From contig CAZKFN010000003.1 in assembly GCA_964552035.1 (NCBI GenBank), forward strand, positions 1-56,290: a stretch of 56,290 nt of DNA. Reading direction: 5' to 3'. The DNA is from an uncultured Flavobacteriales bacterium. GTDB taxonomy: Bacteria > Bacteroidota > Bacteroidia > Flavobacteriales_E > Vicingaceae. The notes under the pieces are model-generated. The model searched no databases. It was given only the letters and a program-made list of their open reading frames with translations, and had not been told where the DNA came from. Positions 38,282 to 49,969 of the stretch are shown in pieces (the stretch's first letter is position 1; every line of letters starts with the position of its first letter). Position numbers and translations under genes: made by a program.

Positions 38282-38887
38282 ATGGCTAGATATACAGGAC
38301 CAAAGTCGAAAATTGCTCGAAAATTTAGAGAACCAATTTTTGGAGCAGATAAAGTTTTAGAAAAGAAAAATTATCCTCCAGGACAACATGGTCCAAATAA
38401 GCGTAGGAAAAAACAATCTGAATATTCTCTGCAGTTAATGGAGAAGCAAAAAGCAAAATATACTTATGGTATTTTGGAAAAACAATTTGCTAATCTATTT
38501 AAGGAAGCAGTTAGAATAAAAGGTATTACCGGTGAAAACTTACTTCAATTGTGTGAGTCTCGTTTGGATAATGTTATTTTTAGAATGGGAATGGCCACTA
38601 CTAGAAGAGGTGCTCGTCAATTGGTAACTCATAGACATTTTACAGTAAATGGCGATATTGTCAACATCCCTTCCTATAAATTAAAAGAGGGTGATGTTGT
38701 TGAAGTAAGACAACGTTCAAAAGCATTAGAAGTAATTAATGAAGCAGTAGCAAATCGCGAAGTTAATTATGACTGGTTAGAGTTTGATGCTCAACAATTA
38801 AAAGGAGTATTTGTACACTTACCGGAAAGAGCTCAAATACCTGAGAACATTCAAGAACAGTTAATTGTAGAGCTTTACTCTAAGTAA
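38282..38887 (+). CDS. rpsD: 30S ribosomal protein S4
   Basis: MARYTGPK, canonical S4 with an S4 RNA-binding domain. Confidence 0.97.
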   Translation: MARYTGPKSKIARKFREPIFGADKVLEKKNYPPGQHGPNKRRKKQSEYSLQLMEKQKAKYTYGILEKQFANLFKEAVRIKGITGENLLQLCESRLDNVIFRMGMATTRRGARQLVTHRHFTVNGDIVNIPSYKLKEGDVVEVRQRSKALEVINEAVANREVNYDWLEFDAQQLKGVFVHLPERAQIPENIQEQLIVELYSK

Positions 38888-38918
38888 TAGTAATAACACT
38901 TAAACAAGGAAAAATATT

Positions 38919-39911
38919 ATGGCGATTTTAGACTTTCAGAAGCCTGATGAAGTAATTATGATTGAATCAGACGACTATAAAGGTCGGTTTGAATTTAGAC
39001 CTTTGGAACCTGGTTATGGTATTACCGTCGGTAATGCCATAAGAAGAATTTTACTTTCTTCTTTAGAAGGGTTTGCTATAACTGGTGTAAGGATTGAAGG
39101 CGTAGAACATGAGTTTTCTACAATTGACGGCGTGGTTGAAGATGTGACTTCAATTATTCTAAATTTAAAACAAATTCGTTTTAAACAACAAATAGAAGAT
39201 ACAGATTCTGAAAAAGTTACCATAACTGTTTCAGGTCAAGATAAAATGACTGCTGGAGATATTGGGAAATTCACCTCGGCTTTCCAAGTATTAAATCCTA
39301 ATCATATTATCTGTCAAATGGAACGTTCGGTTAAAATCCAAATGGAGTTAACTATCAACAAAGGAAGAGGGTATGTTCCTTCTGAAGAAAATAGAGTAGA
39401 AGAGGCACCTATAGGTTTTATTCCAATGGATGCTATTTTTACTCCTATTAAGAACGTTAACTTTGGGGTAGAAAACTTTAGAGTTGAACAAAAAACCGAC
39501 TACGAAAAGTTGATTATGGATATTGAAACCGATGGTTCAATTCATCCTAAAGATGCTTTAAAAGAAGCTGCCAAAATCTTAATTCATCACTTCATGTTGT
39601 TCTCTGATGAAAAGATAACTTTAGAAGCGGAAATCAAATCTGCTGTGGAAGAGTTTGATGAAGATTCTCTGCATATGAGACAATTATTAAAAACTAAGCT
39701 TATTGACCTTGACCTATCTGTAAGAGCATTGAATTGCCTAAAAGCTGCTGATGTAGATTCATTGGGAGAATTAGTACAGTTTAATAAAACAGATCTTCTA
39801 AAGTTTAGAAACTTTGGTAAAAAGTCATTGGCTGAGCTTACCGAATTAATAGAAAGCAAAAACTTAACTTTTGGAATGGATGTTTCAAAATATAAACTTG
39901 ATAAGGAATAA
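38919..39911 (+). CDS. rpoA: DNA-directed RNA polymerase subunit alpha
   Basis: 330 aa, NTD (GNA.RR.LLSS) and CTD (LDLSVRA.NCLK) motifs. Confidence 0.97.
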   Translation: MAILDFQKPDEVIMIESDDYKGRFEFRPLEPGYGITVGNAIRRILLSSLEGFAITGVRIEGVEHEFSTIDGVVEDVTSIILNLKQIRFKQQIEDTDSEKVTITVSGQDKMTAGDIGKFTSAFQVLNPNHIICQMERSVKIQMELTINKGRGYVPSEENRVEEAPIGFIPMDAIFTPIKNVNFGVENFRVEQKTDYEKLIMDIETDGSIHPKDALKEAAKILIHHFMLFSDEKITLEAEIKSAVEEFDEDSLHMRQLLKTKLIDLDLSVRALNCLKAADVDSLGELVQFNKTDLLKFRNFGKKSLAELTELIESKNLTFGMDVSKYKLDKE

Positions 39912-39916
39912 GCGAA

Positions 39917-40585
39917 ATGAGACACGGAAAGAAATTTAATAGCCTAGGGAGAACAAAGTCGCACAGACATGCTATGTTAGCAAATATGTCTTGCTCTTTG
40001 ATTCAAAATAAAAGAATAACGACTACTGTTGCTAAAGCCAAGGCCTTGAGAGGGTTTGTAGAGCCGTTAATTACAAGATCAAAAGATGACTCAACTCACT
40101 CTCGACGTGTGGTATTTAATCAACTGAATGATAAATATGCCGTAGCAGAACTTTTTAGAGAGGTTGCACCAAAAATAGGTGATCGTCCTGGAGGGTATAC
40201 AAGGATAATCAAAACGGGGAATAGATTAGGTGATAGTGCAGAAATGTGCCTTATGGAATTGGTAGATTTTAATGAAATTTATACCAGCGAAAAATCTTCT
40301 TCAGCTAAGAAAACTAAAACGAGAAGAAGTAGAAGAGGTGGAGGAGGAAGCAAAACTACAGCTTCTACTGAAACAAAAGAAACTACAAAAACGAGCAAAA
40401 CGGATAAAGCTGAAACAACTAAAAAAGAATCATCTACTCAAAAGACTGTAGAGAATATAAAAGAAGAGACTCCTCAAAAGGATGTTGAACCTAAAGTGGA
40501 GGCTAAAAAGAAAGAGTCCTCTCCTTCAACTGAGAAAAAAGAACCTAAAAAGGATGCAGATAATACAGATAAAAAAGAGGATTAA
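39917..40585 (+). CDS. rplQ: 50S ribosomal protein L17 with ~100-aa K/E/T/S-rich C-terminal extension
   Basis: [11 protein letters not shown]...HR.AML.N is canonical L17. The total is 222 aa. Confidence 0.95.
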   Translation: MRHGKKFNSLGRTKSHRHAMLANMSCSLIQNKRITTTVAKAKALRGFVEPLITRSKDDSTHSRRVVFNQLNDKYAVAELFREVAPKIGDRPGGYTRIIKTGNRLGDSAEMCLMELVDFNEIYTSEKSSSAKKTKTRRSRRGGGGSKTTASTETKETTKTSKTDKAETTKKESSTQKTVENIKEETPQKDVEPKVEAKKKESSPSTEKKEPKKDADNTDKKED

Positions 40586-40622
40586 GAATTGATTGAAGTT
40601 GATACACAAAGAAGTTAATTTT

Positions 40623-40662
40623 AAAAGGATAAAACATGCTTGTTTTATCCTTTTTTTTTTTT
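40623..40662 (+). terminator. strong rho-independent terminator closing the ribosomal supercluster
   Basis: AAAAGGATAAAACA-tgct-TGTTTTATCCTTTT, a perfect 14-bp stem whose 3' arm continues into a 12-T run. Confidence 0.85.
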
Positions 40663-40664
40663 AA

Positions 40665-40672
40665 TAATTTTG
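40665..40672 (+). promoter_or_regulatory. candidate -7 promoter box (TAATTTTG) only 4 nt from the carA-like ATG
   Basis: Reads TAATTTTG-TAAT-ATG immediately after the terminator. Confidence 0.35.
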
Positions 40673-40676
40673 TAAT

Positions 40677-43056
<2,380 letters not shown>

Positions 43057-43182
43057 AAAACTGATTTATGCCGTTTATGTGAAAGCAATCTTATTCTATA
43101 AAGGGCATCTTAGTTAAAATAATACTAAGGGAATTATAAAGAGAAAAATAAGAAAAAACCATAAAAAACATTAAGAATAACA

Positions 43183-43214
43183 TTTGTATAAAAGGCTACT
43201 CTTACTTACTTTTG
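43183..43214 (+). promoter_or_regulatory. candidate promoter for gltA (-33 TTTG, -7 TACTTTTG)
   Basis: TTTG at 43183-43186, a 20-nt spacer, then TACTTTTG at 43207-43214. The ATG is 82 nt downstream. Confidence 0.45.
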
Positions 43215-43296
43215 CAATGCTACAGATTGAAAACAAATTTTTATAATTATTGTTATAATTTGTAGTAAAATATTCACCATAAAAATCTATTAAGAA

Positions 43297-44583
43297 ATGT
43301 CAGAAAAAGCTGAATTAAAAGTTGGAGATAAAACATATGAACTTCCTATAATTGTAGGTACAGAAAATGAAAAAGGAATAGATATTAGCAAGTTGAGACA
43401 AGAAACAGGTCTGATAACTTTGGATTATGGCTTTAAGAATACTGGATCAACAACATCGGCAATAACATTTTTAAATGGAGAAGAGGGGATTTTACGTTAC
43501 CGTGGATATTCTATAGAAGATTTAGCTGATAAAGCATCTTTTTTAGAAGTTGCTTATTTATTGATTTATGGAGAATTACCTGATGCTGATACCTTAGGAA
43601 ATTTCAATGAAGAAATAACCATGCACACTATGCTGCATGAGGATATAAAAAACATTTTAGATGGATTTCCTTCAAATGCACACCCAATGGGGGTTTTATC
43701 TTCTTTAGTTTCTTCTTTAACTGCTTTTTATCCCGGTTCTCTAGATCCTAATCGATCTGCGGAAAAAGTAAATAAAAGCATAATTCGATTATTAGCTAAG
43801 ATTCCTACAATGGCAGCATGGGCTTATAAAAATGCTTTAGGTCATCCTGTAAATTATCCAGATAATAAACTGAATTATTCGTCTAATTTTTTAAAGATGA
43901 TGTTTGCTGTACCAGCAGATGATTATGAGGTGGACCCAGTTGTTGCTTCTGCAATTGACAAGTTGTTAATTCTACATGCTGATCACGAACAAAACTGTTC
44001 CGCTTCAACAGTAAGAATTGTAGGTTCTTCTCATGCTAGTTTATATGCATCTATAGCTGCAGGTATTGGTGCACTTTGGGGTCCTTTGCATGGTGGGGCG
44101 AATCAAGCAGTAATTGAAATGCTCGAAGGAATTAAAAATGACGGAGGAGATGTTCAAAAATATATGGACAAAGCTAAAGATAAAAATGATCCTTTTAGGT
44201 TAATGGGCTTTGGACACCGAGTATATAAAAATTTTGATCCTAGAGCTAGGATTATTAAGAAAGCAGCAGACGATGTTTTAAATAAGCTTGGAATTAATGA
44301 TCCAATTTTAGAAATTGCTAAGGGATTAGAAGAAACAGCTTTAAGAGATGAATACTTTATCGAAAGAAAGTTGTATCCTAATGTTGACTTTTATTCTGGA
44401 ATTATATATCGCGCCATTGGAATTCCAACTTCCATGTTTACTGTTATGTTTGTAATGGGTCGTTTACCAGGTTGGATTGCTCAGTGGAAAGAAATGAGAG
44501 AAGAAAGTCAACCAATTGGACGTCCAAGACAAATATATACTGGATATAATTCTAGAGAATTTGTTTCTATAGATAAGCGATAG
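43297..44583 (+). CDS. gltA: citrate synthase
   Basis: HADHEQN, GFGHRVYK and NVDFYSG motifs, 428 aa. Confidence 0.96.
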   Translation: MSEKAELKVGDKTYELPIIVGTENEKGIDISKLRQETGLITLDYGFKNTGSTTSAITFLNGEEGILRYRGYSIEDLADKASFLEVAYLLIYGELPDADTLGNFNEEITMHTMLHEDIKNILDGFPSNAHPMGVLSSLVSSLTAFYPGSLDPNRSAEKVNKSIIRLLAKIPTMAAWAYKNALGHPVNYPDNKLNYSSNFLKMMFAVPADDYEVDPVVASAIDKLLILHADHEQNCSASTVRIVGSSHASLYASIAAGIGALWGPLHGGANQAVIEMLEGIKNDGGDVQKYMDKAKDKNDPFRLMGFGHRVYKNFDPRARIIKKAADDVLNKLGINDPILEIAKGLEETALRDEYFIERKLYPNVDFYSGIIYRAIGIPTSMFTVMFVMGRLPGWIAQWKEMREESQPIGRPRQIYTGYNSREFVSIDKR

Positions 44584-44603
44584 AAAAACAAATTGAGATA
44601 TAC

Positions 44604-44632
44604 AAGGGAGGCTTTTATTGCCTCCTTTTTTA
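44604..44632 (+). terminator. rho-independent terminator after gltA
   Basis: AAGGGAGGC-ttttatt-GCCTCCTTT stem followed by a T-run. Confidence 0.7.
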
Positions 44633-44665
44633 TTGGCTTCAAAAGAAAAAATTAACTTTTCTACT

Positions 44666-44673
44666 TATTTTTG
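44666..44673 (+). promoter_or_regulatory. candidate -7 promoter box (TATTTTTG) for the UbiD-family gene
   Basis: TAnnTTTG match, 47 nt upstream of the ATG at 44721. The 12-bp palindrome TCAAACGTTTGA (44685-44696) lies in the predicted leader. Confidence 0.3.
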
Positions 44674-44720
44674 GTGGAAATTGTTCAAACGTTTGATGAA
44701 AATTTTCAAATAGAATCGTA

Positions 44721-46559
44721 ATGGGATATAAGAGCATGGCTGCTTGTGTAGCTGATTTAGAAAAAAACGGACATTTAGTAAGGATTAAAGATGAAGTAGA
44801 TCCTGATTTGCAAATGGCTTCAATTCATCTAAGAGTATATGCTGCTAATGGACCTGCAATACTCTATGAAAATGTGAAGGGGACTCCATTCCCTGCAGTT
44901 TCTAATCTCTTTGGTACGCTGGAAAGAAGTAGGTTTATCTTTAGAGATACTTTAGAGAAAGTTAAAAAAATTGTACAGGTAAAAGGGGATATCTCTAAAG
45001 CAATTAAACAACCGTTAAAACACCTTGGCCTACCTTTTTTTGCATTAAATGCTCTACCTCTCAAAAGTATTGGTAAACCAGCTGTTTCTTATGGAGAAAC
45101 ACAAATCGACCAATTGCCTCAGCTAAAATCTTGGCCTATGGACGGTGGGCCATTTATTACTTTGCCGTTAGTTTATACTGAAGATGTTGAGAACCCTTCT
45201 ATAATGAATTCAAACTTAGGGATGTATAGAATACAAATGGCTGGCAATGAATACATACCCAATAGAGAAGTGGGTTTACATTATCAAATTCATAGAGGAA
45301 TTGGGGTGCATCAGGCTAAAGCAAATGCTATAGGGAAACCCTTACCTGTATCTATATTTGTAGGTGGCCCGCCTTCACATACTTTTGCTGGAGTAATGCC
45401 TTTGCCAGAAGGACTATCAGAGCTAACTTTTGCCGGTGCTCTAGGAGGTAGAAGATTTAGGTATAAGAGGGAAGGGGATTATGTTTTATCTTCTGATGCT
45501 GATTTTGTAATTACAGGTAAAGTTTATCCTAAAGAAAACAAACCAGAAGGCCCTTTTGGAGATCATTTAGGATATTATTCACTTGTGCATGATTTTCCCC
45601 TAATGAAGGTTGAAAAGGTTTACCATCGTAAAAATGCAATTTGGCCCTTTACTGTTGTAGGTCGTCCTCCACAAGAGGATACTTCTTTTGGTAACTTGAT
45701 TCATGAAATCACGGGTACTATAATTCCCAAAGAAATTCCAGGCCTAATAGCAGTGAATGCAGTAGATGAAGCAGGAGTTCACCCATTACTTTTTGCCATA
45801 GGTAGTGAAAGATATACACCCTTTTATCAAATTGACGAACCTTCTGAATTATTGACAATTGCCAATCATATACTGGGTTATGGACAAATGTCATTGGCGA
45901 AATTTTTATTAATTGCTGCCCAAGAAGATAATAACAACCTTAGCGTAAATAACAAAGAGGATTTTTTTAAACACATGCTTGAACGATTGAATTGGGAGAG
46001 AGATTTGCATTTTCAAACCAATACCTCTATGGACACATTAGACTATAGCTCTATGGAATTAAACAAAGGTTCTAAGGTTGTTATGGCAGCTGTAGGATCT
46101 GTAATTAGGGAGCTGAATACTACTTTACCAGCTGTAGATTGGCCAGAGGAAATCAAAGAGGTACAATTGGCTTTTCCCGGTGTTTTATCTGTAGAAATAG
46201 GAGTTTTTACTTCTTATGAAAAAGAGGAAGATAAAATTGAAAAATTAACTCAAAAACTTAAAACAATTCAAGATAAATTACATGGTATTGCTATGATTAT
46301 CCTTGCAGATGATGCAAAATTTATAGCTCAAAGCTTTTCTAATTTACTTTGGGCTACGTTTACTAGAGCCAATCCTTCTCATGATATTTATGGTGTGGAT
46401 TCTTTTATAGAATTTAAACATTGGGGATGTAAAGGCCCCTTGATTATTGATAGTAGAATCAAAGGACATCATGCGCCTATATTAGAAACAGACCCTACGG
46501 TAGAAAGATTGGTAGATGAGCTAGGAAAGAAAGGAGGACCGCTAGAAGGAATTATATAA
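44721..46559 (+). CDS. UbiD family decarboxylase (menaquinone/ubiquinone-type prenyl-aromatic decarboxylase homologue, long form)
   Basis: 612 aa with a UbiD-like N-terminal and core sequence (EVDP.LE...I...V....GPA.LFENVKG..FPV..NLFGT). Confidence 0.75.
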   Translation: MGYKSMAACVADLEKNGHLVRIKDEVDPDLQMASIHLRVYAANGPAILYENVKGTPFPAVSNLFGTLERSRFIFRDTLEKVKKIVQVKGDISKAIKQPLKHLGLPFFALNALPLKSIGKPAVSYGETQIDQLPQLKSWPMDGGPFITLPLVYTEDVENPSIMNSNLGMYRIQMAGNEYIPNREVGLHYQIHRGIGVHQAKANAIGKPLPVSIFVGGPPSHTFAGVMPLPEGLSELTFAGALGGRRFRYKREGDYVLSSDADFVITGKVYPKENKPEGPFGDHLGYYSLVHDFPLMKVEKVYHRKNAIWPFTVVGRPPQEDTSFGNLIHEITGTIIPKEIPGLIAVNAVDEAGVHPLLFAIGSERYTPFYQIDEPSELLTIANHILGYGQMSLAKFLLIAAQEDNNNLSVNNKEDFFKHMLERLNWERDLHFQTNTSMDTLDYSSMELNKGSKVVMAAVGSVIRELNTTLPAVDWPEEIKEVQLAFPGVLSVEIGVFTSYEKEEDKIEKLTQKLKTIQDKLHGIAMIILADDAKFIAQSFSNLLWATFTRANPSHDIYGVDSFIEFKHWGCKGPLIIDSRIKGHHAPILETDPTVERLVDELGKKGGPLEGII

Positions 46560-46579
46560 TTTAACTTTTTAATAAAAAA

Positions 46580-47719
46580 TCACTTTACAAAAGCATCATA
46601 CATTCCATCAACAAATTCGAAGGCAAAGTCTTTGAGGTTAGAATCGGTAATTACCATTAAAATGATATCACAGTTTTTGATTTCCTCTTCATAAGTGGTC
46701 TCCCATCGATATCTTAATCTATCTACCGTGGAATGAATTACATAATTATAATACCAATAGTATTTACTGCTAAAAGCTTGATTGATGATATCTTTCTCAA
46801 AAATATCCCAATAAAAACTGTCACCCATTAACAATATCTCTGGGACTTTACATTTTGGATTTAATGCTTTAAAAGAATAGGTGGGGTAGGCTAATTTTAT
46901 AGAAGGTAGGTCTATCAATAGATTTAAGTATTCCTCAATATCGTTGTCTCTTCCAATTGCTGTGTCTGAAATAATAATTTCATCTCCAATAATAAATTCA
47001 TTTCTTTGCGCATACCCCAGAGAAGCAATATATTTAATCAAGGAATCTACAGCTAAGGTTTCTCCATATGTTGACCAATGCGTTCCATTATTTGGGAAAA
47101 GTGGGTACTTAGCATTAGGTTTTAATTCCTCAAACCATTTTTTAAAGTCCACTACTTTTATATCGGTTTTAGACAATTCTTTTAGATAAACTTCGTAATT
47201 TGTAGTAGTTTTTACCTCAGGATTATAGCGGTCGGGGATATATTCAGGGTAATAACTTCCTTTACCTGGAGCTAATAAAAGTATAATTTCTTTGTCTTGC
47301 TTTTTTAGAGCGGAATATACAGCACTCAGCTTTCTAACCTTAGTTTGAATGAGTTCATAACCGACAAAGCTTCTACCTAATGCTTCTAAGATATAAGGTT
47401 CTTCGTACCACATATTATTTTTGCCTTTTACCTTACTCTTCGTATCGTTAAAGAGGCTATACTGAGTTTGATTATAAAGCCTCACAAAGAAGGGTCTAAA
47501 GCCAAAATGTTGATTTAGATGTCTTTCTTGCTTTTCTTGATAATCTCCTTCTAACCAGGAGTTCCAAATGAATTTGGTATTCTTATATATTTCATAAGCT
47601 CCTTTTAAGGGCTTTTCTTTAAAAATGTGAAGATATTGCTGAGAAACAGGAATAAATAGGAGTATCAATAGGAATATTGCTAAACTCTTTTTTATAATAT
47701 ATTCTCTTCTTTTATCCAT
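46580..47719 (-). CDS. AlgJ/AlgX-like O-acetyltransferase accessory protein (SGNH-like, membrane-anchored)
   Basis: N-terminal TM anchor, GTHWS (DxHW-type position) and a later MGDSFYW serine motif, in the permuted order seen in AlgJ/AlgX. Its ATG overlaps the MBOAT stop (TAATG). Confidence 0.6.
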   Translation of the reverse strand: MDKRREYIIKKSLAIFLLILLFIPVSQQYLHIFKEKPLKGAYEIYKNTKFIWNSWLEGDYQEKQERHLNQHFGFRPFFVRLYNQTQYSLFNDTKSKVKGKNNMWYEEPYILEALGRSFVGYELIQTKVRKLSAVYSALKKQDKEIILLLAPGKGSYYPEYIPDRYNPEVKTTTNYEVYLKELSKTDIKVVDFKKWFEELKPNAKYPLFPNNGTHWSTYGETLAVDSLIKYIASLGYAQRNEFIIGDEIIISDTAIGRDNDIEEYLNLLIDLPSIKLAYPTYSFKALNPKCKVPEILLMGDSFYWDIFEKDIINQAFSSKYYWYYNYVIHSTVDRLRYRWETTYEEEIKNCDIILMVITDSNLKDFAFEFVDGMYDAFVK

Positions 47720-49140
47720 TAGAATCTAAAATAAATAAAAGGGTTAAATCCTGAAGCAGTTATTGAGCTTAATGATAGGATAAATAATGCTAACATGATT
47801 GGGGCTAAATAGGCATGTTGTTTTAAGTTATACTTTTCCTTTTCTAAAAAGAAAGTTTGTAATTTTTTACCCCATTTAAAGGATACGAGAAAGGAAAAGA
47901 AAATAGCAATAACAAATAGAGTGTAAAAAGCTGGAATAGTGTTCCATGTCCACCCGCCTTCAAAAACGAACATTTTTTGTAGGTAAAGAGTAAATTCTTC
48001 CGCTGTTTCCAGTCTAAAAAGTACCCAACCTACAACGACAATAAAAAAAGTAATAATCATGGCGGGAATTTTACCAATCCAATTTAGAAATTTAAGTAAA
48101 AATAAACGATCTAGGATTAAAAAGAATCCATGAAAAGCCCCCCAAAAGACAAAATTCCAGGAAGCCCCATGCCATAAGCCTGATAGTAGGAATACAATCC
48201 AAAGGTTAAAAAATAACCTCCACTTAGTTTTTACTCGATTTCCACCTAATGGTATATAAAGATATTCTCTCATAAAATCTCCAAGAGTAATGTGCCATCT
48301 TCTCCAAAACTCACTAATACTTTTTGAAGTGTAGGGGGAATTAAAGTTTTCAGGGAATTTAAAACCCATGATTTTCCCTAAGCCTATAGCCATATCCGAA
48401 TAACCAGAAAAATCAAAATAAATTTGAAAAGTATATGCAAAAGCACCTAACCATGCAGTAGCCGTGGATATATCTTCTAAATCGTTATTAAAAATAAGAT
48501 CAGCTTGTTCAGCCATGACGTTGGCTATTAGTACTTTCTTTGCTAACCCTATACAAAAACGATAGGCTCCACTGAGTTTGTCATCAACTTTTTCATCCCT
48601 TTCAACGATTTGTTCGGCAATGGTTTGAAAACGTACGATAGGTCCAGCAATCATTTGCGGAAAAGACATGATATAAAGTAAGTAATCCGTTACTTTATTT
48701 AACGGTGGATGAACTTTTCTATAGACGTCAATAGAGTAAGTGAGTGTCTGAAAGGTATAAAAGGAAATGCCGATAGGTAAGGCAATTGCTGTCCAAGACA
48801 CCTCCTCAATTCCTATAGAGTTTAATACGGCGTTGACATTTTCTATAAAGAAGTTAGCATATTTAAAATAAGCTAACATTCCTAGATTGATAAAAATAGA
48901 GAGACTAAGAAATTGTTTTTTTATCTTTTGAGTTTTACTTCTATGGATTTGCTGGACAATAAAAAAATCTAGGACCGTAACAGGAACTAGCAAAAATACA
49001 AATGATGGAGCTCCCCAAGCATAGAAAAAAATACTGGCAATTAGTATGATATAATTTTTAAGCTTTTTACCAAGACAGTGATAGAGCAGTAAAAAAACAG
49101 GTAAAAAGTATAAAAGAAATAGGCTACTACTAAAAACCAA
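47719..49140 (-). CDS. MBOAT family O-acyltransferase (AlgI/DltB/PatA-like)
   Basis: 473 aa, polytopic, with FWRRWHITL containing the conserved His. The start codon is TTG at 49140, two codons after an in-frame TAG, and the next ATG would delete ~87 conserved residues. Confidence 0.85.
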   Translation of the reverse strand: MVFSSSLFLLYFLPVFLLLYHCLGKKLKNYIILIASIFFYAWGAPSFVFLLVPVTVLDFFIVQQIHRSKTQKIKKQFLSLSIFINLGMLAYFKYANFFIENVNAVLNSIGIEEVSWTAIALPIGISFYTFQTLTYSIDVYRKVHPPLNKVTDYLLYIMSFPQMIAGPIVRFQTIAEQIVERDEKVDDKLSGAYRFCIGLAKKVLIANVMAEQADLIFNNDLEDISTATAWLGAFAYTFQIYFDFSGYSDMAIGLGKIMGFKFPENFNSPYTSKSISEFWRRWHITLGDFMREYLYIPLGGNRVKTKWRLFFNLWIVFLLSGLWHGASWNFVFWGAFHGFFLILDRLFLLKFLNWIGKIPAMIITFFIVVVGWVLFRLETAEEFTLYLQKMFVFEGGWTWNTIPAFYTLFVIAIFFSFLVSFKWGKKLQTFFLEKEKYNLKQHAYLAPIMLALFILSLSSITASGFNPFIYFRF

Positions 49141-49175
49141 GTACTAAAGAATCTAATTTAATTGAAAAATTTTAA

Positions 49176-49183
49176 CAAATATA
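49176..49183 (-). promoter_or_regulatory. candidate -7 promoter box (TATATTTG) for the MBOAT operon
   Basis: Minus-strand TAnnTTTG match, 35 nt upstream of the TTG start. Confidence 0.35.
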
Positions 49184-49300
49184 ATACATTCATTTTATCA
49201 AAAGGAAAAAACTACTTCGATAAAATACAACTCATTAATACCTTTTAAAAAAGTATAATATTAATGGTTTTATAAATTGTGAACATTAGATTGTTAATAC

Positions 49301-49329
49301 AAAAAAAGACCTGCAATAGAGCAGGTCTT
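49301..49329 (-). terminator. rho-independent terminator after the DUF1573 gene
   Basis: The minus strand reads AAGACCTGC-tctatt-GCAGGTCTT followed by TTTTT, 8 nt after the stop codon. Confidence 0.85.
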
Positions 49330-49336
49330 CAAAGGA

Positions 49337-49930
49337 TTATCCACCTATCATTAATTCTCCAGAGCCTGCTCCTCCGTCTGTACCTGGAGTAACATTGGCT
49401 TTAATATTTAAGATGGTTGTAGCCGGTTCTGTATTTGCAGTAATGGTTACAGTTTTTTGTTGTCGATTGCTTTGTGTACCTGGATTATATACTACTTCGA
49501 TTTCACCTGTTCCTCCTGGTGGAATAGGCTCTCTTGGATAGTTAGGAACAGTACAACCGCAACTTCCTTGAGCATCGGTTATGATTAAAGGATTTTCACC
49601 AGTATTGGTAAAGGTAAAAACCGTTGGGTTATGAGAATTTTGTTCAATAGTACCAAAATCGTGCTCTAGGCTTGCAAATTGGATGTCTGTTTTTGGCCCT
49701 GTTGGAACGTTTCTTTGCTCCAAACCTTGTGCTCGCTGATTGTCTTGTGTCATTGAAGCTTCAATGCTTTGTCCTTGTTGGTTAGGTGTTGCAACAGCAT
49801 TATTTATTCCTTGAGAAATAGGGGTTTTTTCATATTTAATTCCCTTATTACTTCCTAAAAGGATTATAGTGTTTGCAATGGTTGCAACTGCAACAAGCAC
49901 CAAAAGTCCATTTTTTAAATTGTCATTCAT
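49337..49930 (-). CDS. DUF1573 domain protein (membrane-anchored)
   Basis: N-terminal TM helix and a Q/N-rich linker. HDFG...F.F.N.G...L.I......CGCT.P pattern recalled as DUF1573. Confidence 0.7.
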   Translation of the reverse strand: MNDNLKNGLLVLVAVATIANTIILLGSNKGIKYEKTPISQGINNAVATPNQQGQSIEASMTQDNQRAQGLEQRNVPTGPKTDIQFASLEHDFGTIEQNSHNPTVFTFTNTGENPLIITDAQGSCGCTVPNYPREPIPPGGTGEIEVVYNPGTQSNRQQKTVTITANTEPATTILNIKANVTPGTDGGAGSGELMIGG

Positions 49931-49960
49931 GATGATAAAATAGTTTTTAGTTTAATAATA

Positions 49961-49968
49961 CAAATATA
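49961..49968 (-). promoter_or_regulatory. candidate -7 promoter box (TATATTTG) for the DUF1573 gene
   Basis: Minus-strand TAnnTTTG match, 30 nt upstream of the ATG at 49930. Confidence 0.3.
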
Positions 49969-49969
49969 A

